Notes: a model not told the origin generated them from the letters alone. Shown: positions 19,655 through 30,725, counted from the stretch's first letter. The stretch is DNA of 64,000 nt from an uncultured Verrucomicrobiae bacterium (GCA_963707025.1 CAVPOM010000007.1:320001-384000); one strand, 5' to 3'. Program-made: numbers and translations.

Positions 19655-21967
19655 ATGAACACGACACGATTCGGCCGTGAGAGCCGCTGCTCTCCACCCT
19701 CCGTGACTCAACCAAGTCGAACCATTGCCTGCGCCGCCTTGGCCCTCCTTGTGGCCATGGCCGCGTTAAATCCGAAACCTGCCTGGGCGCAGAATGCCTT
19801 TGTCCAGAGCAATCTTGTCTCCGACGTAACGGGACTTGCGGCATTCACGGACATGAACCTCGTCAATCCCTGGGGGATCGCCGTTTCCGGGACCAGCCCG
19901 TTCTGGATTGCGGACAACGGGACGGGCCTCTCCACCGTGTACAACAGCGCCGGAGCCATCCAGTCGCTGCTGGTCACCATCCCGCCGCCCGCCGGACAAA
20001 CCAACACGGCGGCTCCGACCGGCATCATCGCCAATGCGGCGACGGGCTTTCTGGCGACCAGCACCAACACGGCCCATTTCATCTTCTGCACGGAGGATGG
20101 GACCATTTCCGCCTGGAACACCGGCAGCGCCGCTGTCCTCAAAGTGGATTACTCCGCTTCCAATGCCGTTTTCAAAGGACTGGCCGCCGGGGTTAGTGGC
20201 GGAAGCAATTTCATTTACGCGACCGATTTTCATAACGGCCAGGTTGATGTTTTCGATACCAATTACGCGCAGGCCGCCCTGGCTGGCTCCTTTCTCGACG
20301 GCGCCCTTCCGGCGGGATACGCCCCCTTTGGCATTCAAAACATCAATGGAGACCTTTTTGTGACCTACGCCTTGCAGGATGGCGCCAAACACGACGATGT
20401 GGCCGGCCCCGGCTACGGCTATGTGGTCAAGTTTGATACCAGCGGCAATCTGCTGCAGCGCTTCTCTTCTCAAGGAGCGCTCAACGCTCCCTGGGGCTTG
20501 GCCGTGGCTCCTGCGGGCTTCGGGCCTTTTACCGGCGATGTTCTGGTCGGCAATTTCGGAGACGGACGCATCAACGCTTTCGATCCGCAAACCGGTGAAT
20601 GGCTGGGGGCTTTGAACAACGCCAGCGGCGCGCCTTTCGCCGTTTCCGGTCTCTGGGCCATCCTCTTCGGCAATGGGCATAGCGGAGGCAGCACGGGCAA
20701 GCTCTATTTCACCGCGGGCATCACTGGCGAAAGCCAGGGCCTGTTTGGAAGTCTTGCTCCGCTTTATCCGGGCGCCACCAACGGCAGCACTTACCTGCAA
20801 AACAATCTGGTCTCAGACATCGCCGGACTGGCGGCGGTCACGGACACGAACCTGGTCAATCCTTGGGCAATCGCCATTTCCGGCACCAGCCCGTTCTGGA
20901 TTGCGGACAACGGGCCGGGCCTGTCCACAGTGTACAACAGCGCCGGAGCCATCCAGTCGCTGGTGGTCACCATCCCGCCGCCCGCCGGACAAACCAACAC
21001 GGCGGCTCCCAGCGGAGCCATCGCCAATGCGGCGGCGGGCTTTCTGGCGACGGGCACCGCCACGGCCCATTTCATCTTCTCCACCGAGGACGGCACCATT
21101 TCCGCCTGGAACACCGGCAGCGCCGCTGTGCTCAAAGTGGATTATTCCACTTCCAACGCGGTCTTCAAAGGACTGGCCGCCGGGGTCAGCGGCGGGACCA
21201 ATTTCATTTACGCGACCGATTTTCATAACGGGCAGGTGGATGTCTTTGCCTCCGACTACACTCAGGTCACCCTGGCGGGTTCCTTTTCCGACCCTGCCAT
21301 TCCCGCCGGATTCGCCCCGTTCGGCGTGCAGAATATCAACGGAGAACTCTTCGTCACCTACGCCTTGCAGGATGGCGCCAAACACGATGATGTGAGCGGC
21401 CCCGGCAACGGCTACGTGGACATATTTAGCACCAGCGGCGTTCTCCTCCAACAATTCGTCGTCCAGTCCGTGCTCAATTCGCCGTGGGGCGTGGCGCTGG
21501 CCCCGGTTGGTTTCGGCGCGTATGGTGGGAATATTTTGATCGGTAATTTTGGCGATGGCCGCATCAACGTCTTCAATCCCACGACCGGCGCGTGGTTGGG
21601 CGCGCTGATGAACAACACCAACGGAGGCCCGATCGAAGTGAGGGGCCTTTGGGGCCTGGCCTTCGGCAACGGCAAAAGTGGCGGCGACGTTCACACCCTT
21701 TACTTCACGGCGGGAATCAACGGCGAAGACGATGGCTTGTTCGGGAGCATTGCCGCCGTTGCGCCGATGTTCACGGGCGTGGCCAACAATGGGACCAACC
21801 TCTCGCTCAGTTGGGGGGGTGGCGGCCCCGGCCCCTTTGTCGTGCAGGAAAGCACCAACCTTTCCAGCGCCAATTGGTCCACCGTCACCAACACGACGAA
21901 TTCGAGCGTGATCATCAGCAGCACCAATCAGAATGCTTTCTTCCGCTTGTTGAATCAGGGGGACTAA
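19655..21967 (+). CDS. Secreted TIGR03118-family protein with two tandem domain copies and a C-terminal FFRL-type domain
   Basis: NLVSD...LVNPW...PFWIADNG...VGNFGDGRIN...GLW...LYFTAG occurs twice; signal peptide. Confidence 0.85.
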   Translation: MNTTRFGRESRCSPPSVTQPSRTIACAALALLVAMAALNPKPAWAQNAFVQSNLVSDVTGLAAFTDMNLVNPWGIAVSGTSPFWIADNGTGLSTVYNSAGAIQSLLVTIPPPAGQTNTAAPTGIIANAATGFLATSTNTAHFIFCTEDGTISAWNTGSAAVLKVDYSASNAVFKGLAAGVSGGSNFIYATDFHNGQVDVFDTNYAQAALAGSFLDGALPAGYAPFGIQNINGDLFVTYALQDGAKHDDVAGPGYGYVVKFDTSGNLLQRFSSQGALNAPWGLAVAPAGFGPFTGDVLVGNFGDGRINAFDPQTGEWLGALNNASGAPFAVSGLWAILFGNGHSGGSTGKLYFTAGITGESQGLFGSLAPLYPGATNGSTYLQNNLVSDIAGLAAVTDTNLVNPWAIAISGTSPFWIADNGPGLSTVYNSAGAIQSLVVTIPPPAGQTNTAAPSGAIANAAAGFLATGTATAHFIFSTEDGTISAWNTGSAAVLKVDYSTSNAVFKGLAAGVSGGTNFIYATDFHNGQVDVFASDYTQVTLAGSFSDPAIPAGFAPFGVQNINGELFVTYALQDGAKHDDVSGPGNGYVDIFSTSGVLLQQFVVQSVLNSPWGVALAPVGFGAYGGNILIGNFGDGRINVFNPTTGAWLGALMNNTNGGPIEVRGLWGLAFGNGKSGGDVHTLYFTAGINGEDDGLFGSIAAVAPMFTGVANNGTNLSLSWGGGGPGPFVVQESTNLSSANWSTVTNTTNSSVIISSTNQNAFFRLLNQGD

Positions 21968-22095
21968 CATCGCGATACGCATGGCCGGGCGCAACCTTCG
22001 GGTCATCCTGGCCGCCACGGAGGACACCTGGACTGGCTGGAGCAATTTCATGAAAACTGCAGCCGCACGGAAGCCGGCCAAACGGCCTCCTCTCC

Positions 22096-22158
22096 CCGGA
22101 ACTCTCCAGCACCGCCTTGCGCAGGCCGGATGGGTCCCGGTTGGGGCCGGGCTTGTAG
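22096..22158 (+). pseudogene. Diverged duplicate of the 3' end of the radical SAM gene (19407-19469)
   Basis: PELSSTALRRPDGSRLGPGL* versus PELSAAAFRRPDGAQLRLGF*; 46/63 nt identical by manual count, ungapped. Confidence 0.7.
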
Positions 22159-22172
22159 TGATTAACTCCCAA

Positions 22173-23850
22173 CTACCTGGTTGTGTCCAGGATCAAAACG
22201 AGTTTTCCCGCACCGTCAGGAATGAGCCGAATGGCGCCATTATCCAATTGCCGGCAGGAACCGGCGTCGGGAGCCAGCCTGAGTTGATAGTTCATTCCAG
22301 TGTAATGATACGCGATGCTGTTGGGCGTGACGGTCTGTACGGCAGATTTTTGCCTGGCGCCGCCGATCATGTCCCAGGCCCAGCGCAAGGGTTGCCCTTG
22401 TCCGTCCACGCCGCTGAAAGTTACATTGCTTTCACTGCAAACGATGGCAAAGGTCCCGCCACCGCCCAGGGGCTGCCTGATACTCAAATCAGTTGGGTTC
22501 AAGTTCCTGACCACCGGTGGGCCGTCCGGCGCCATGGGTGATTTTTCGCCGTCGGATGAGAGCACCACCGGCCAGATGCCTGCCTTTTCTGTCCCCGACC
22601 ACAGCGATCCCTCCATCACGGGCAGGGTGCCATAGGCCAAAGACCTCGACGTGAGAGCAGTGTCATGGGTTGGAGAAACCATGTTTTCGTCGAAGCAGTG
22701 GAGATCGCGGATGAAAAAAGCGCCGTTCTCCCAAAGAAAATTGATGCGATAAAAGCGGCTGTCATACCAGACGGTCTTTCGGTTTTGATGTTTCCAATCG
22801 TCCAGGGCAACCACCGCCGTGGGCGGCGTGAGGGAATAGTGGCGATGGAACCATGCGCCCGCTTGCGCCAGCGTCTCGACTTGGATCTCTCCGGCCGCGG
22901 CCTGTTTGGCCAGGAGCGCCACTTGCAGCGTCAAGCCCGTTTTCATCGCCTCCCAGCCAAATGAGTTTTCTTGTCCGGCCTGGGTATAGGCAAAGGCCAG
23001 GGAGGGTTGATGGATCAGATTATTCATGAACCACGCCACCCAGTCTGCCGAGCCTCCCGCTTTTGGATAGACCGGTTCGAGAGTGAACATCCCCGGGGAG
23101 TTGGCATATTGATAAATGGGATCGCTCCCCAGCATCCGAAAGATCGGCACCTCAATCTGTCCCGCCCTGGTCTGTGCCGGCATATAGGCGTTGAGGCGGC
23201 TGGGATAGTAGGCTTGATTCCAATAGCCGCCCCACAGGGTGTAGCCATCCGTGCCAACCTGGTCTTTGCAATTGCAGGAGGCCACAAGGCCGTAATGCTC
23301 CGCCAAGTAAGCCAGGGTGACTTCATCCATATACCAGGAGCCGGCCGTGCGGGGATAATAACCAAAAATCCCCTTGAAATCGGCCATATAGACGTCCACC
23401 AGCTTGCGCCGTTCTTCCGGCGTGTAGCCCGGTGAAAAACCGACATTGGCCGTCGGATCCCACTCATGCCGGCCCCGCCATTTCAAGCCGGCCTTTCTCG
23501 GCCAATGGTCGCGGAATCTCCCACCAGGCCGCAATCTCCTCATTTGTTCCCAACTGCTCCTTCAAGAGCTTCTGATAGCGGGGGTTGATCAGGGCATCAT
23601 ACTGCAGAGCCCAGGTCGCGGGCAAGTTGGCCTGTTTGATCAACTGTATTTCCTGCCGGGTGGCTTCATAAAGGACCTCTTCGGAATTGGTCAGGCGATA
23701 ATCGGAGTTGCGCACGAAATTATAAATATTCACAATGCGCGGTTCGCTGGCGTCCGCCGCTGGCAGCGTGTCCGCCAAGGAGACACCGCCCAGCAGGAGA
23801 AAGGAGAGGCTGCCTCCCAGAAACGCGTCAATCATTGCCTTGGGCTTCAT
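22173..23850 (-). CDS. Secreted hypothetical protein (possibly carbohydrate-active), frameshift near 23494
   Basis: ORFs 23464-23850 (signal peptide) and 22173-23543 join as ...PLAEKAGLKWRG... Confidence 0.7.
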
Positions 23851-24107
23851 CGGAAGAGGCCAGTTTTATGAGCGGTTGGCTGGGAGAGAGAAACCATGGC
23901 CATGCCGGAGAGGCGTGACTGGATGCAGCGAGTGATTCTTAAGCATCATTTTCAAAGCCATCCCATGGAAAATCGAAACACGTGAGGGCTTGACCTTTTG
24001 AACCTGCCACACGGCAGGCCTGAAAAGCAAAAAATCAAACTCACACGATCCCGGTTTAACATTTTGCGCCAGATTGGCAATCTCATTCCTGAGCGCCAAT
24101 TCTCCGA

Positions 24108-24212
24108 GGGCGCAACTCGACACCCGCGCCGCAGGGCAGGCTTCCAGCCTGCCGGTGCTGGGGGCATCCTTGCCCCCAGTCTGAATTCTGGCGCGGGTGT
24201 CAAGCTGCGCCC
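24108..24212. mobile_element. Miniature inverted-repeat element (variant) carrying REP-like hairpins
   Basis: 23-bp terminal IR gggcgcaactcgacacccgcgcc / ggcgcgggtgtcaagctgcgccc (2 mismatches); ends related to the elements at 34352 and 46861. Confidence 0.65.
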
Positions 24213-24287
24213 CCATCGGGTGTCATGGGAATTGGCTGGACAGCCGGAAGTTTCCCGCCACAATGACTCGCCGGCAAAGCCCATCCT

Positions 24288-25736
24288 ATGAATGCTTTTG
24301 TGACGAGCGCAACAGTTGCCGCGACGCGCATGAGGAAACCCCCAGTCGGGCGATGGGTCGCGATTGCGGCGATTTTTCTGGCGGCGCTGGGTAGTCTTGA
24401 CGGAAGGTTGTCCAGGCTCTACGCCCAGAACCAGGATGTTTCAGCGCAGTTTCCCGAGCCTGCCCTGGTGACGGCGGATTACCCGGATGACGCCCAACGG
24501 TGGGGCGCCTTTAACATTCTGCGCCAGGCGCTCAACAGCACGGCGCCCAAGCCCATGTCCAAGGCCGCTTACGCAAAGTTTTTTGCTTACGAGGCAGCTT
24601 ACAACGGGATCGCTAACGCCATCATGGCAAAGGGGGGAGTGCAAAACCAGGCTTACAAGGATTTCAACACTCGCTGTGACAAACTGCTCTCCGACCCGGA
24701 CTTTGGGCGCTCGGTTCTGGAAAAGTATCATCTCACGGCCTTGGTGAAGCGCCAGCGCGAGGCCGCCGCCGCTCCTTCCGCTCCAGGTTCGCCCAACCCT
24801 GCTCCGGTTGCAGTCCCGCCGCCGGCCGCGCCCCGCCTTTTCGCGCCCCCGACACCGCAAAGGAATTTTCTCGACGATCCCTGGCCCTATCCACAGTCCT
24901 TTCCCCTGCTGCTGATTTTTTTGTTGCCGGTGGCATTTTTCACCTGGCTGGCATTGCGCGGGGCGGGGCCGGGGCGGAGGATTCTTCGGACGCCCCCACC
25001 TGAGCCGGGCGGCCTGCCGGCCTTGCCCGAATCTTTGCGCGTGGTGACCGTGCCGGGCGTGCGCTACGCCGTTTATGTATTGTCCGGGATGGTGCTGCAG
25101 AAGGAGTCCAATACCTACCAGCAGAGTTACACCCAGACGACGGGCGGCCAGGCGACCCACATGGGCGGAGGCCAGTTTCAATACACTGCACCGACAACGA
25201 CGACCCACACCGAGACCACGCGGGAGGAAATCATCTGGGTGCGCACGCCGGACAACCACGAAAAGCCGTGGACACTTTACAACAGCCAGTTTCAGTCGCG
25301 CCCCGGGCAAATCGTCAGTGTGCTGGTGCGCCCGCTGACCGCCGATACGGGGGACATTATCCTGGCCTACAACCACACCACCGCAAACATGGAGATGTGT
25401 CCGGCCATGCAAAAGGCGCACGGCACGGGCGGGTTCCTCCGCCGCGAATTTGTGCAATGGACGGCGAACCTGACGGCAGCGGCCGGCTCAGCCATCGTGG
25501 CAAGACGGTATCTGCCCATGTATTATCACGGCTCCCTCTACGCGGGCTTTCTGGTTTGGTGGATCTTTGGGACGGTGGTGCTGGTGACGATTTCGTTTTT
25601 AATTGTGACTCCGATCCTTACGAAGATGCTGCAAAAACGGCGCGATGCGTCCTTCAAAAGAAAATACATGCCCGGACTTCGCCAATTCTTCGAGCAGGGC
25701 ACGGCGATTTTGCAAAGAACGTTCGGCCGGGTTTAA
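24288..25736 (+). CDS. Hypothetical membrane protein
   Basis: 482-aa ORF with signal-like N-terminus, Pro-rich linker and hydrophobic segments. Confidence 0.7.
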   Translation: MNAFVTSATVAATRMRKPPVGRWVAIAAIFLAALGSLDGRLSRLYAQNQDVSAQFPEPALVTADYPDDAQRWGAFNILRQALNSTAPKPMSKAAYAKFFAYEAAYNGIANAIMAKGGVQNQAYKDFNTRCDKLLSDPDFGRSVLEKYHLTALVKRQREAAAAPSAPGSPNPAPVAVPPPAAPRLFAPPTPQRNFLDDPWPYPQSFPLLLIFLLPVAFFTWLALRGAGPGRRILRTPPPEPGGLPALPESLRVVTVPGVRYAVYVLSGMVLQKESNTYQQSYTQTTGGQATHMGGGQFQYTAPTTTTHTETTREEIIWVRTPDNHEKPWTLYNSQFQSRPGQIVSVLVRPLTADTGDIILAYNHTTANMEMCPAMQKAHGTGGFLRREFVQWTANLTAAAGSAIVARRYLPMYYHGSLYAGFLVWWIFGTVVLVTISFLIVTPILTKMLQKRRDASFKRKYMPGLRQFFEQGTAILQRTFGRV

Positions 25737-25787
25737 AAAGCAGGTTCTCCCCGCGCGCATCCGGCCCTTGGGTCGGATCAACCATTG

Positions 25788-26927
25788 TCAGCGCCAATAA
25801 CCCTCGAGGCGTTTGACCAGAAGTTTGTCGCAGCCTTCCCGCGAAGCCGGCTGGATGGCCTGGTAATCCGGGTGATGGGAGTTTTGCATGTCCGCGATGA
25901 CCCACTCGCCCTGGCGGTCGCACACCACGAAATGCACGAATCCCTGCTCCCAGTTCTGCGGATTGAACGCGTAATCCGGGTAGAGAACATAATCGGCGTC
26001 CGGCGGATTTTTCCTGGCGTAATCCCGGAATTCGCGCGCCAGGTCCCACAGCGACTTGAGTTCGTTGGGATCGGCCTGCGACGCCTTGAGCAACAGGGAT
26101 TGATTCGCCGCCGACGCCTTGCACAGTCCCGCCTCGTTGATCATCTTGGCCAGGCTGGCGGCGCTGGCGGCATCCGCCTCACGGCCATGAACGCGCGCCG
26201 GGAAGATGAGGAGCGTCGCCTTGCCTTTGGATTCCTTCAGCAACTGCTGGCGTTGCGGCAGGGCCGCCCTTTCCTCCCCGGGAGGCAGGCCGCTCCGCTC
26301 ATCCAGGAGGGCCGCCAGCTTGCCCGGTTTGGCCGCCTTGGCCGTGGCTTCGTTGAGGCCCAATTGCGGACTCAGCCGCTCGACGAGCAGAACGGACATC
26401 GTCATCGGCTCCCGGGCGTCGTTCTTCTGGAACGCTTTGTCCTGCGGCGTCTGCCGGTCCGTCCACACGACCGCGCCGGCCTGATCCACCACGACCGCGC
26501 GCAGTTCATTCAAGCCGGTTTGACGGCCGCCATTGTATTCGGCGTAAAGCGCATGGCCGGTCGTGATCGGATTCGTCTTGACAAACGCCCCGACGGCGGC
26601 GGCCAAACTTTCCAAATTCGCGGCCGCCGGCGCGCACGGCGTTTTGCCAAGCTCGATGTTTCTCAATCCCTGCTTTTCGAGCAGAACGCCCACCACCTCG
26701 GTCACGCGATCGAAGGGTTGGCCGGCCAGGCGCACGGGGAGAATGGTCAGCGAGCCGTCCGGCCCTTTGGATTTCATCAACTCCAGCCGCTGCTGCTGCT
26801 CCGGCGCAACGCCGCCTTGTGGTCCGGCGGCCGCCGGGCAACGGCCCGCCCACATCGCGGCCAGGACCAGGGACATCGCCAGGGCCTTCGCGCGGAACCA
26901 ACTCATCGTCGTGCTTGGATTTATCAT
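25788..26927 (-). CDS. Secreted hypothetical protein with two internally repeated alpha/beta domains
   Basis: AGGAG RBS, signal peptide; LTILPVRLAG/LLIFPARVHG and VVVDQAG/VVCDRQG repeats. Confidence 0.7.
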   Translation of the reverse strand: MINPSTTMSWFRAKALAMSLVLAAMWAGRCPAAAGPQGGVAPEQQQRLELMKSKGPDGSLTILPVRLAGQPFDRVTEVVGVLLEKQGLRNIELGKTPCAPAAANLESLAAAVGAFVKTNPITTGHALYAEYNGGRQTGLNELRAVVVDQAGAVVWTDRQTPQDKAFQKNDAREPMTMSVLLVERLSPQLGLNEATAKAAKPGKLAALLDERSGLPPGEERAALPQRQQLLKESKGKATLLIFPARVHGREADAASAASLAKMINEAGLCKASAANQSLLLKASQADPNELKSLWDLAREFRDYARKNPPDADYVLYPDYAFNPQNWEQGFVHFVVCDRQGEWVIADMQNSHHPDYQAIQPASREGCDKLLVKRLEGYWR

Positions 26928-27048
26928 GGTATTGCTCCTGTAGTTTGCGGTTTGATTTGTTTCATGGCCAGGCTGTTTTCTCGTCAGCACATTACCACCG
27001 CCGGCGGGAGAGCGTTAATTGATAAAACAAGCACCAACATTGACTGTC

Positions 27049-30000
27049 TCAATGAACGTCCCTCACGTCGCCTAACGAAGCGCGATAGAGATGCCGGTCA
27101 AACTGCGCCCACAAGCAACCGCCGCCGATCTGGATACGCTTCACTGAGGTTGCCGGGATGTAACAAAAGTTTCGGACCTTTTGTTGCGTCAAATCAACCC
27201 TTGCGATATATCCCTCGCCGCCAACCCACAATTCGTCCTGGTCCAAAGCCATCGTGTTCGGCGGATTCGGCAAGCCTTCCGCATCCTTGAGCGTCTGCCA
27301 GCGGGCGTCGCGAAGGTTCCATATTTCCAGACCACCTATGTCGGTAAGCTCGCCAGATCTCGTGCGAACCCACAGGTTGCTATTGGCCCGTGCGTTCGCG
27401 GTTGCCTGGGCAAGTTGATCCTCTGACACGACGAATTCAGTATTTTCGCGCTGGATATTGGCCGTGCCATTCCCACGGCGGCTTACAATTCCGACCCCTA
27501 TTTGGCGGATGCTGACGCCTTCAACCCAATATTGTTGACCTACGGCAATGGAATCAATTTTGAAGCCGTTTCGATTCGGCAACATCTCCCAGATATTGCT
27601 CGCGGCAGCGAACTGTTGCAGCCCCTTCCCGGAAACCAGCGCCAAAACACCGCCATTGGCTGGGCTGGCAAGGTCAACCACCGGATGCCGGGGCGGACCG
27701 TCAGGCGGATCAACCGCGATCACGGGATAATAGCCATGGTTGTTCAACGACGGCAGATACGACGTGAACTGCCGCGACGACAAGTCGAGTTTGCCCAAAC
27801 CACCATCCTTCCCATGGCCATAGCCAATCCACAACATGCCGCCGGCGAGATGGAGTTTAGAAACGGAATTCATCAGCAAACCATCGTTGACCGTAAATAG
27901 GCGGTGTCGGCCGCCGGCTTTGTCGGTTTCGATCAAACCAGCCCCGTCGGATCCTGCCCAAACATTTGATTCGCCGATGCAAATGCAGGTAAACGGCGCA
28001 TTCCCATCCATGTCCAGGGGGATCCTCAAGTTGCTTTTCAATTTGAAATCCAAATGTGTTATTTCTCCGCGTCGCGCAATCCAAAGCCCGGTTAAATCGG
28101 CGGAAAAACAAGACGCATCGTCAAGGTCAAGGCAGGCGCTACCCATCTCAAATTCTCGCGCATCACGAACGTGTGGCAGTCCCAGTCGCTCCTCGCATTT
28201 TGCCGTGTATCTTCCCGTGAGCACCGGCCCGCGCCGCTCAATCCAGCGACCGCCGATCCACCCCTCGGACAGGGCGAGGGGAACGGGGCGGTTTGAGTAG
28301 CACTTGAATATTTCCAGAGCGCTCGCCCATTGCTGATGCTCGAAACACTCAAGCGCAAGGGCGAGCCTTTTATCTCCGAGACTCCCGAACCAATTGCCGC
28401 TTGGATCACCAGCCTTCTGCCCGCGGTCAACAATCATTGAGGCCAATTGAAAACACCCGTGCTCATAGCACCAAGGCAATAACTCGCCATCCATATCTGT
28501 CCAAAAGAGCATTGACCTGTCGAAACGCAGCGAATTGGTGCCGGGATTGTCGGCATGCTCAGGATGCTGAATGTACTGGTCGAGCGTCTTCTGAAATTCA
28601 GCAATGATCGGCGCATTCGTGTCCACCTGCAATTTTACAACGGCAGCCTGCAAGTAAGGTGTCAACTCGGGGAATTTTGCCTGCAATTCAGGCAGGAGAT
28701 CCTGCGCCGCGCCGACGGCGGCCGATTGGTTTGTGCCAAAAGCTTCTGCAAACGCCGCCATCGCGCCCAGGGGTGAATTATAGCCGCCACCTCCAGTGAA
28801 GTCCTTGAATGACTGAATGGCGTTTAGCAGTTGGATTTTTGCCTGATCCAAACTAACGGGTTTGGCAGGTTCCCTCTCGCCCTGCAAAAACTTGAGATAC
28901 TTGGCCGCAGCATCGGCTTGTTGTTGAAAGTAGGTTCGCGCTTTCGGGTTGGCGCTGTGGGCTGCGGCTTTTGCGTACCAAGGCTGCTCCCCCCAAGGCC
29001 CTTCGCCTTCAAAGGACCATAATAAACGGAACTGGGCTTCACTCACCCATTTGTCATCCAGGGGTTCGTCCAGCACCTGGCGATACTGCTCGCGGGCCTC
29101 CTCGCGACGGTTCAAGACGGGGTCCTGCAGACAATCGCCAAGGCCAAGCCTGGCTTGTCGGTTGGTGGGATCAAGTGCGATTACGGTTTGGAACGCACGG
29201 ATGGCTTCTTCGAGATTCCTCCGGCGGCGGATCGCCTGCTCACCGGTGAGAGATTTATCTCTGTTTTCCAAATAGATGGATGTTCCGTGCTCAGTTAACA
29301 ACTCCTTGCCGATGTCCATCTGGTTGATAACCTCCGTGCGGCGGCTCAGCACCACGGTGGACGCACCTTGTTTGATTTGGGTTGCTATGGTTTGCTGGAT
29401 CTCCCGAAACAATCCTTCTCCCGGCAGACCACGCAACGCCGTTTCCTTCGGAAGACGACCAAAAATACGGGCGACATTCAGCAAGACCTCCACTTCAGTT
29501 CCATTGTTCCCGTAGGACTGATAACGGCCGGTCACCAACCACCAGGCCGACTGCAAGGGTTGCGCGCCGGCGCTGCTTGATTCGGTCAGTCCGGCGAGGT
29601 CTAATTGCACTTCCTGCAACAATGCATCCACATATTCCCGCTCGAGCATGGTGACGTTGTCCGCACGAAAGGCGGACATCAAATACCCCCGCAGTTGTGC
29701 TGGAAAACCGGCCTGGCGATTGTTGAGGCTCAAATCTTCAAATGCGCTGATAGCAAGATAAACATGCGGTTTTGGCCGGCTGGCGCCTTGTCGGGACTCG
29801 CGGACAAAGCCTGCTAATTCCCTGGCTAACTGTGGCGCTCCTTTGTCTTGCGGACAAACCCCTACATCTCGCAGAATTCCCGTACGCACGTCCACCAAGC
29901 GCACCACAGTGGAGTTTGTGCCGCCGGCCGTGGCCGTGGTTCCAAGCAGAAACCAGTCGGCTTTCAATAATTTGCCAACCCGCACTGCATCTTTGGCGCG

Positions 30001-30393
30001 AATGAGGCTCGACAAACTCATTTCCTGCTCGCTCAGAACGCGATCAATGGACTGCCTTTCGACCAGTTCCAAACCCTGAGCTCGCGTCAATTCAGCCGTG
30101 ACCAGGTCCGCCATCTGACGGTTTTCAGCGTCATTCGTCATGCCCAGGCAGCCCACGGCCAGTCGCACCTGCTGTTTCGGATCCAGCAGAACCGGGACAG
30201 CGGCGGCGGGTGTTGCCGGCGCAAGATTCAACTTTAAGAAGGCGTCGCGGATTTCTTTGTCAGAAAACGGACGCTGATACGCGGGCCGTTTGCCATCGGA
30301 ATCATCCGATTGGCCAATCTGGAAAACGAGGAGAGCCGTCAAACCAGCCAGAGCCAAAAGTCCACCAGCAATATAAATGGATTTTTTCTTCAT
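27049..30393 (-). CDS. Large membrane-anchored protein: CsgG/HfaB-like domains, TPR, beta-propeller-like C-terminus
   Basis: LVERQSIDRVLSEQEM...VGKLLKADWFLLG...VRLVDVRTG; second MLEREYVDALLQE; W.G repeats; visibly lower GC. Confidence 0.7.
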   Translation of the reverse strand: MKKKSIYIAGGLLALAGLTALLVFQIGQSDDSDGKRPAYQRPFSDKEIRDAFLKLNLAPATPAAAVPVLLDPKQQVRLAVGCLGMTNDAENRQMADLVTAELTRAQGLELVERQSIDRVLSEQEMSLSSLIRAKDAVRVGKLLKADWFLLGTTATAGGTNSTVVRLVDVRTGILRDVGVCPQDKGAPQLARELAGFVRESRQGASRPKPHVYLAISAFEDLSLNNRQAGFPAQLRGYLMSAFRADNVTMLEREYVDALLQEVQLDLAGLTESSSAGAQPLQSAWWLVTGRYQSYGNNGTEVEVLLNVARIFGRLPKETALRGLPGEGLFREIQQTIATQIKQGASTVVLSRRTEVINQMDIGKELLTEHGTSIYLENRDKSLTGEQAIRRRRNLEEAIRAFQTVIALDPTNRQARLGLGDCLQDPVLNRREEAREQYRQVLDEPLDDKWVSEAQFRLLWSFEGEGPWGEQPWYAKAAAHSANPKARTYFQQQADAAAKYLKFLQGEREPAKPVSLDQAKIQLLNAIQSFKDFTGGGGYNSPLGAMAAFAEAFGTNQSAAVGAAQDLLPELQAKFPELTPYLQAAVVKLQVDTNAPIIAEFQKTLDQYIQHPEHADNPGTNSLRFDRSMLFWTDMDGELLPWCYEHGCFQLASMIVDRGQKAGDPSGNWFGSLGDKRLALALECFEHQQWASALEIFKCYSNRPVPLALSEGWIGGRWIERRGPVLTGRYTAKCEERLGLPHVRDAREFEMGSACLDLDDASCFSADLTGLWIARRGEITHLDFKLKSNLRIPLDMDGNAPFTCICIGESNVWAGSDGAGLIETDKAGGRHRLFTVNDGLLMNSVSKLHLAGGMLWIGYGHGKDGGLGKLDLSSRQFTSYLPSLNNHGYYPVIAVDPPDGPPRHPVVDLASPANGGVLALVSGKGLQQFAAASNIWEMLPNRNGFKIDSIAVGQQYWVEGVSIRQIGVGIVSRRGNGTANIQRENTEFVVSEDQLAQATANARANSNLWVRTRSGELTDIGGLEIWNLRDARWQTLKDAEGLPNPPNTMALDQDELWVGGEGYIARVDLTQQKVRNFCYIPATSVKRIQIGGGCLWAQFDRHLYRASLGDVRDVH

Positions 30394-30725
30394 TGCCGGC
30401 TAGGGCTGTTGCCGGTGACCGGAACGATTTCGATCCGCTGCCTGGCTGTGAGCTTCATCAAGGCCTCCGGACCGCCCTTTTGACGCTCACCAATCCGAAG
30501 CTTGAGATCAAAAGGGGCCATGTGCGCTTATCTTTAAGTTATATGACAGTCCCGCAAGAGGAATCCTTTGATAAATCATCCGAAAAATCGCCCGATGAGC
30601 TTGCGGATTCCAGACCCCTGCCAGAAAATTTGCCGGCATCAACGTTTTCGTCCTGCCGGGGCTTGCGTGCTGGCGAGTCTGGAAACTCCTCCCCCCAATG
30701 GAGGCCTTTCTGATGCCCGGCCTTG

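Noticed and set aside
19795..21760. Duplicated halves as a DGR template/variable repeat pair
   Set aside because: Both copies are in-frame coding domains, differences are not adenine-specific, and no DGR-type RT is adjacent
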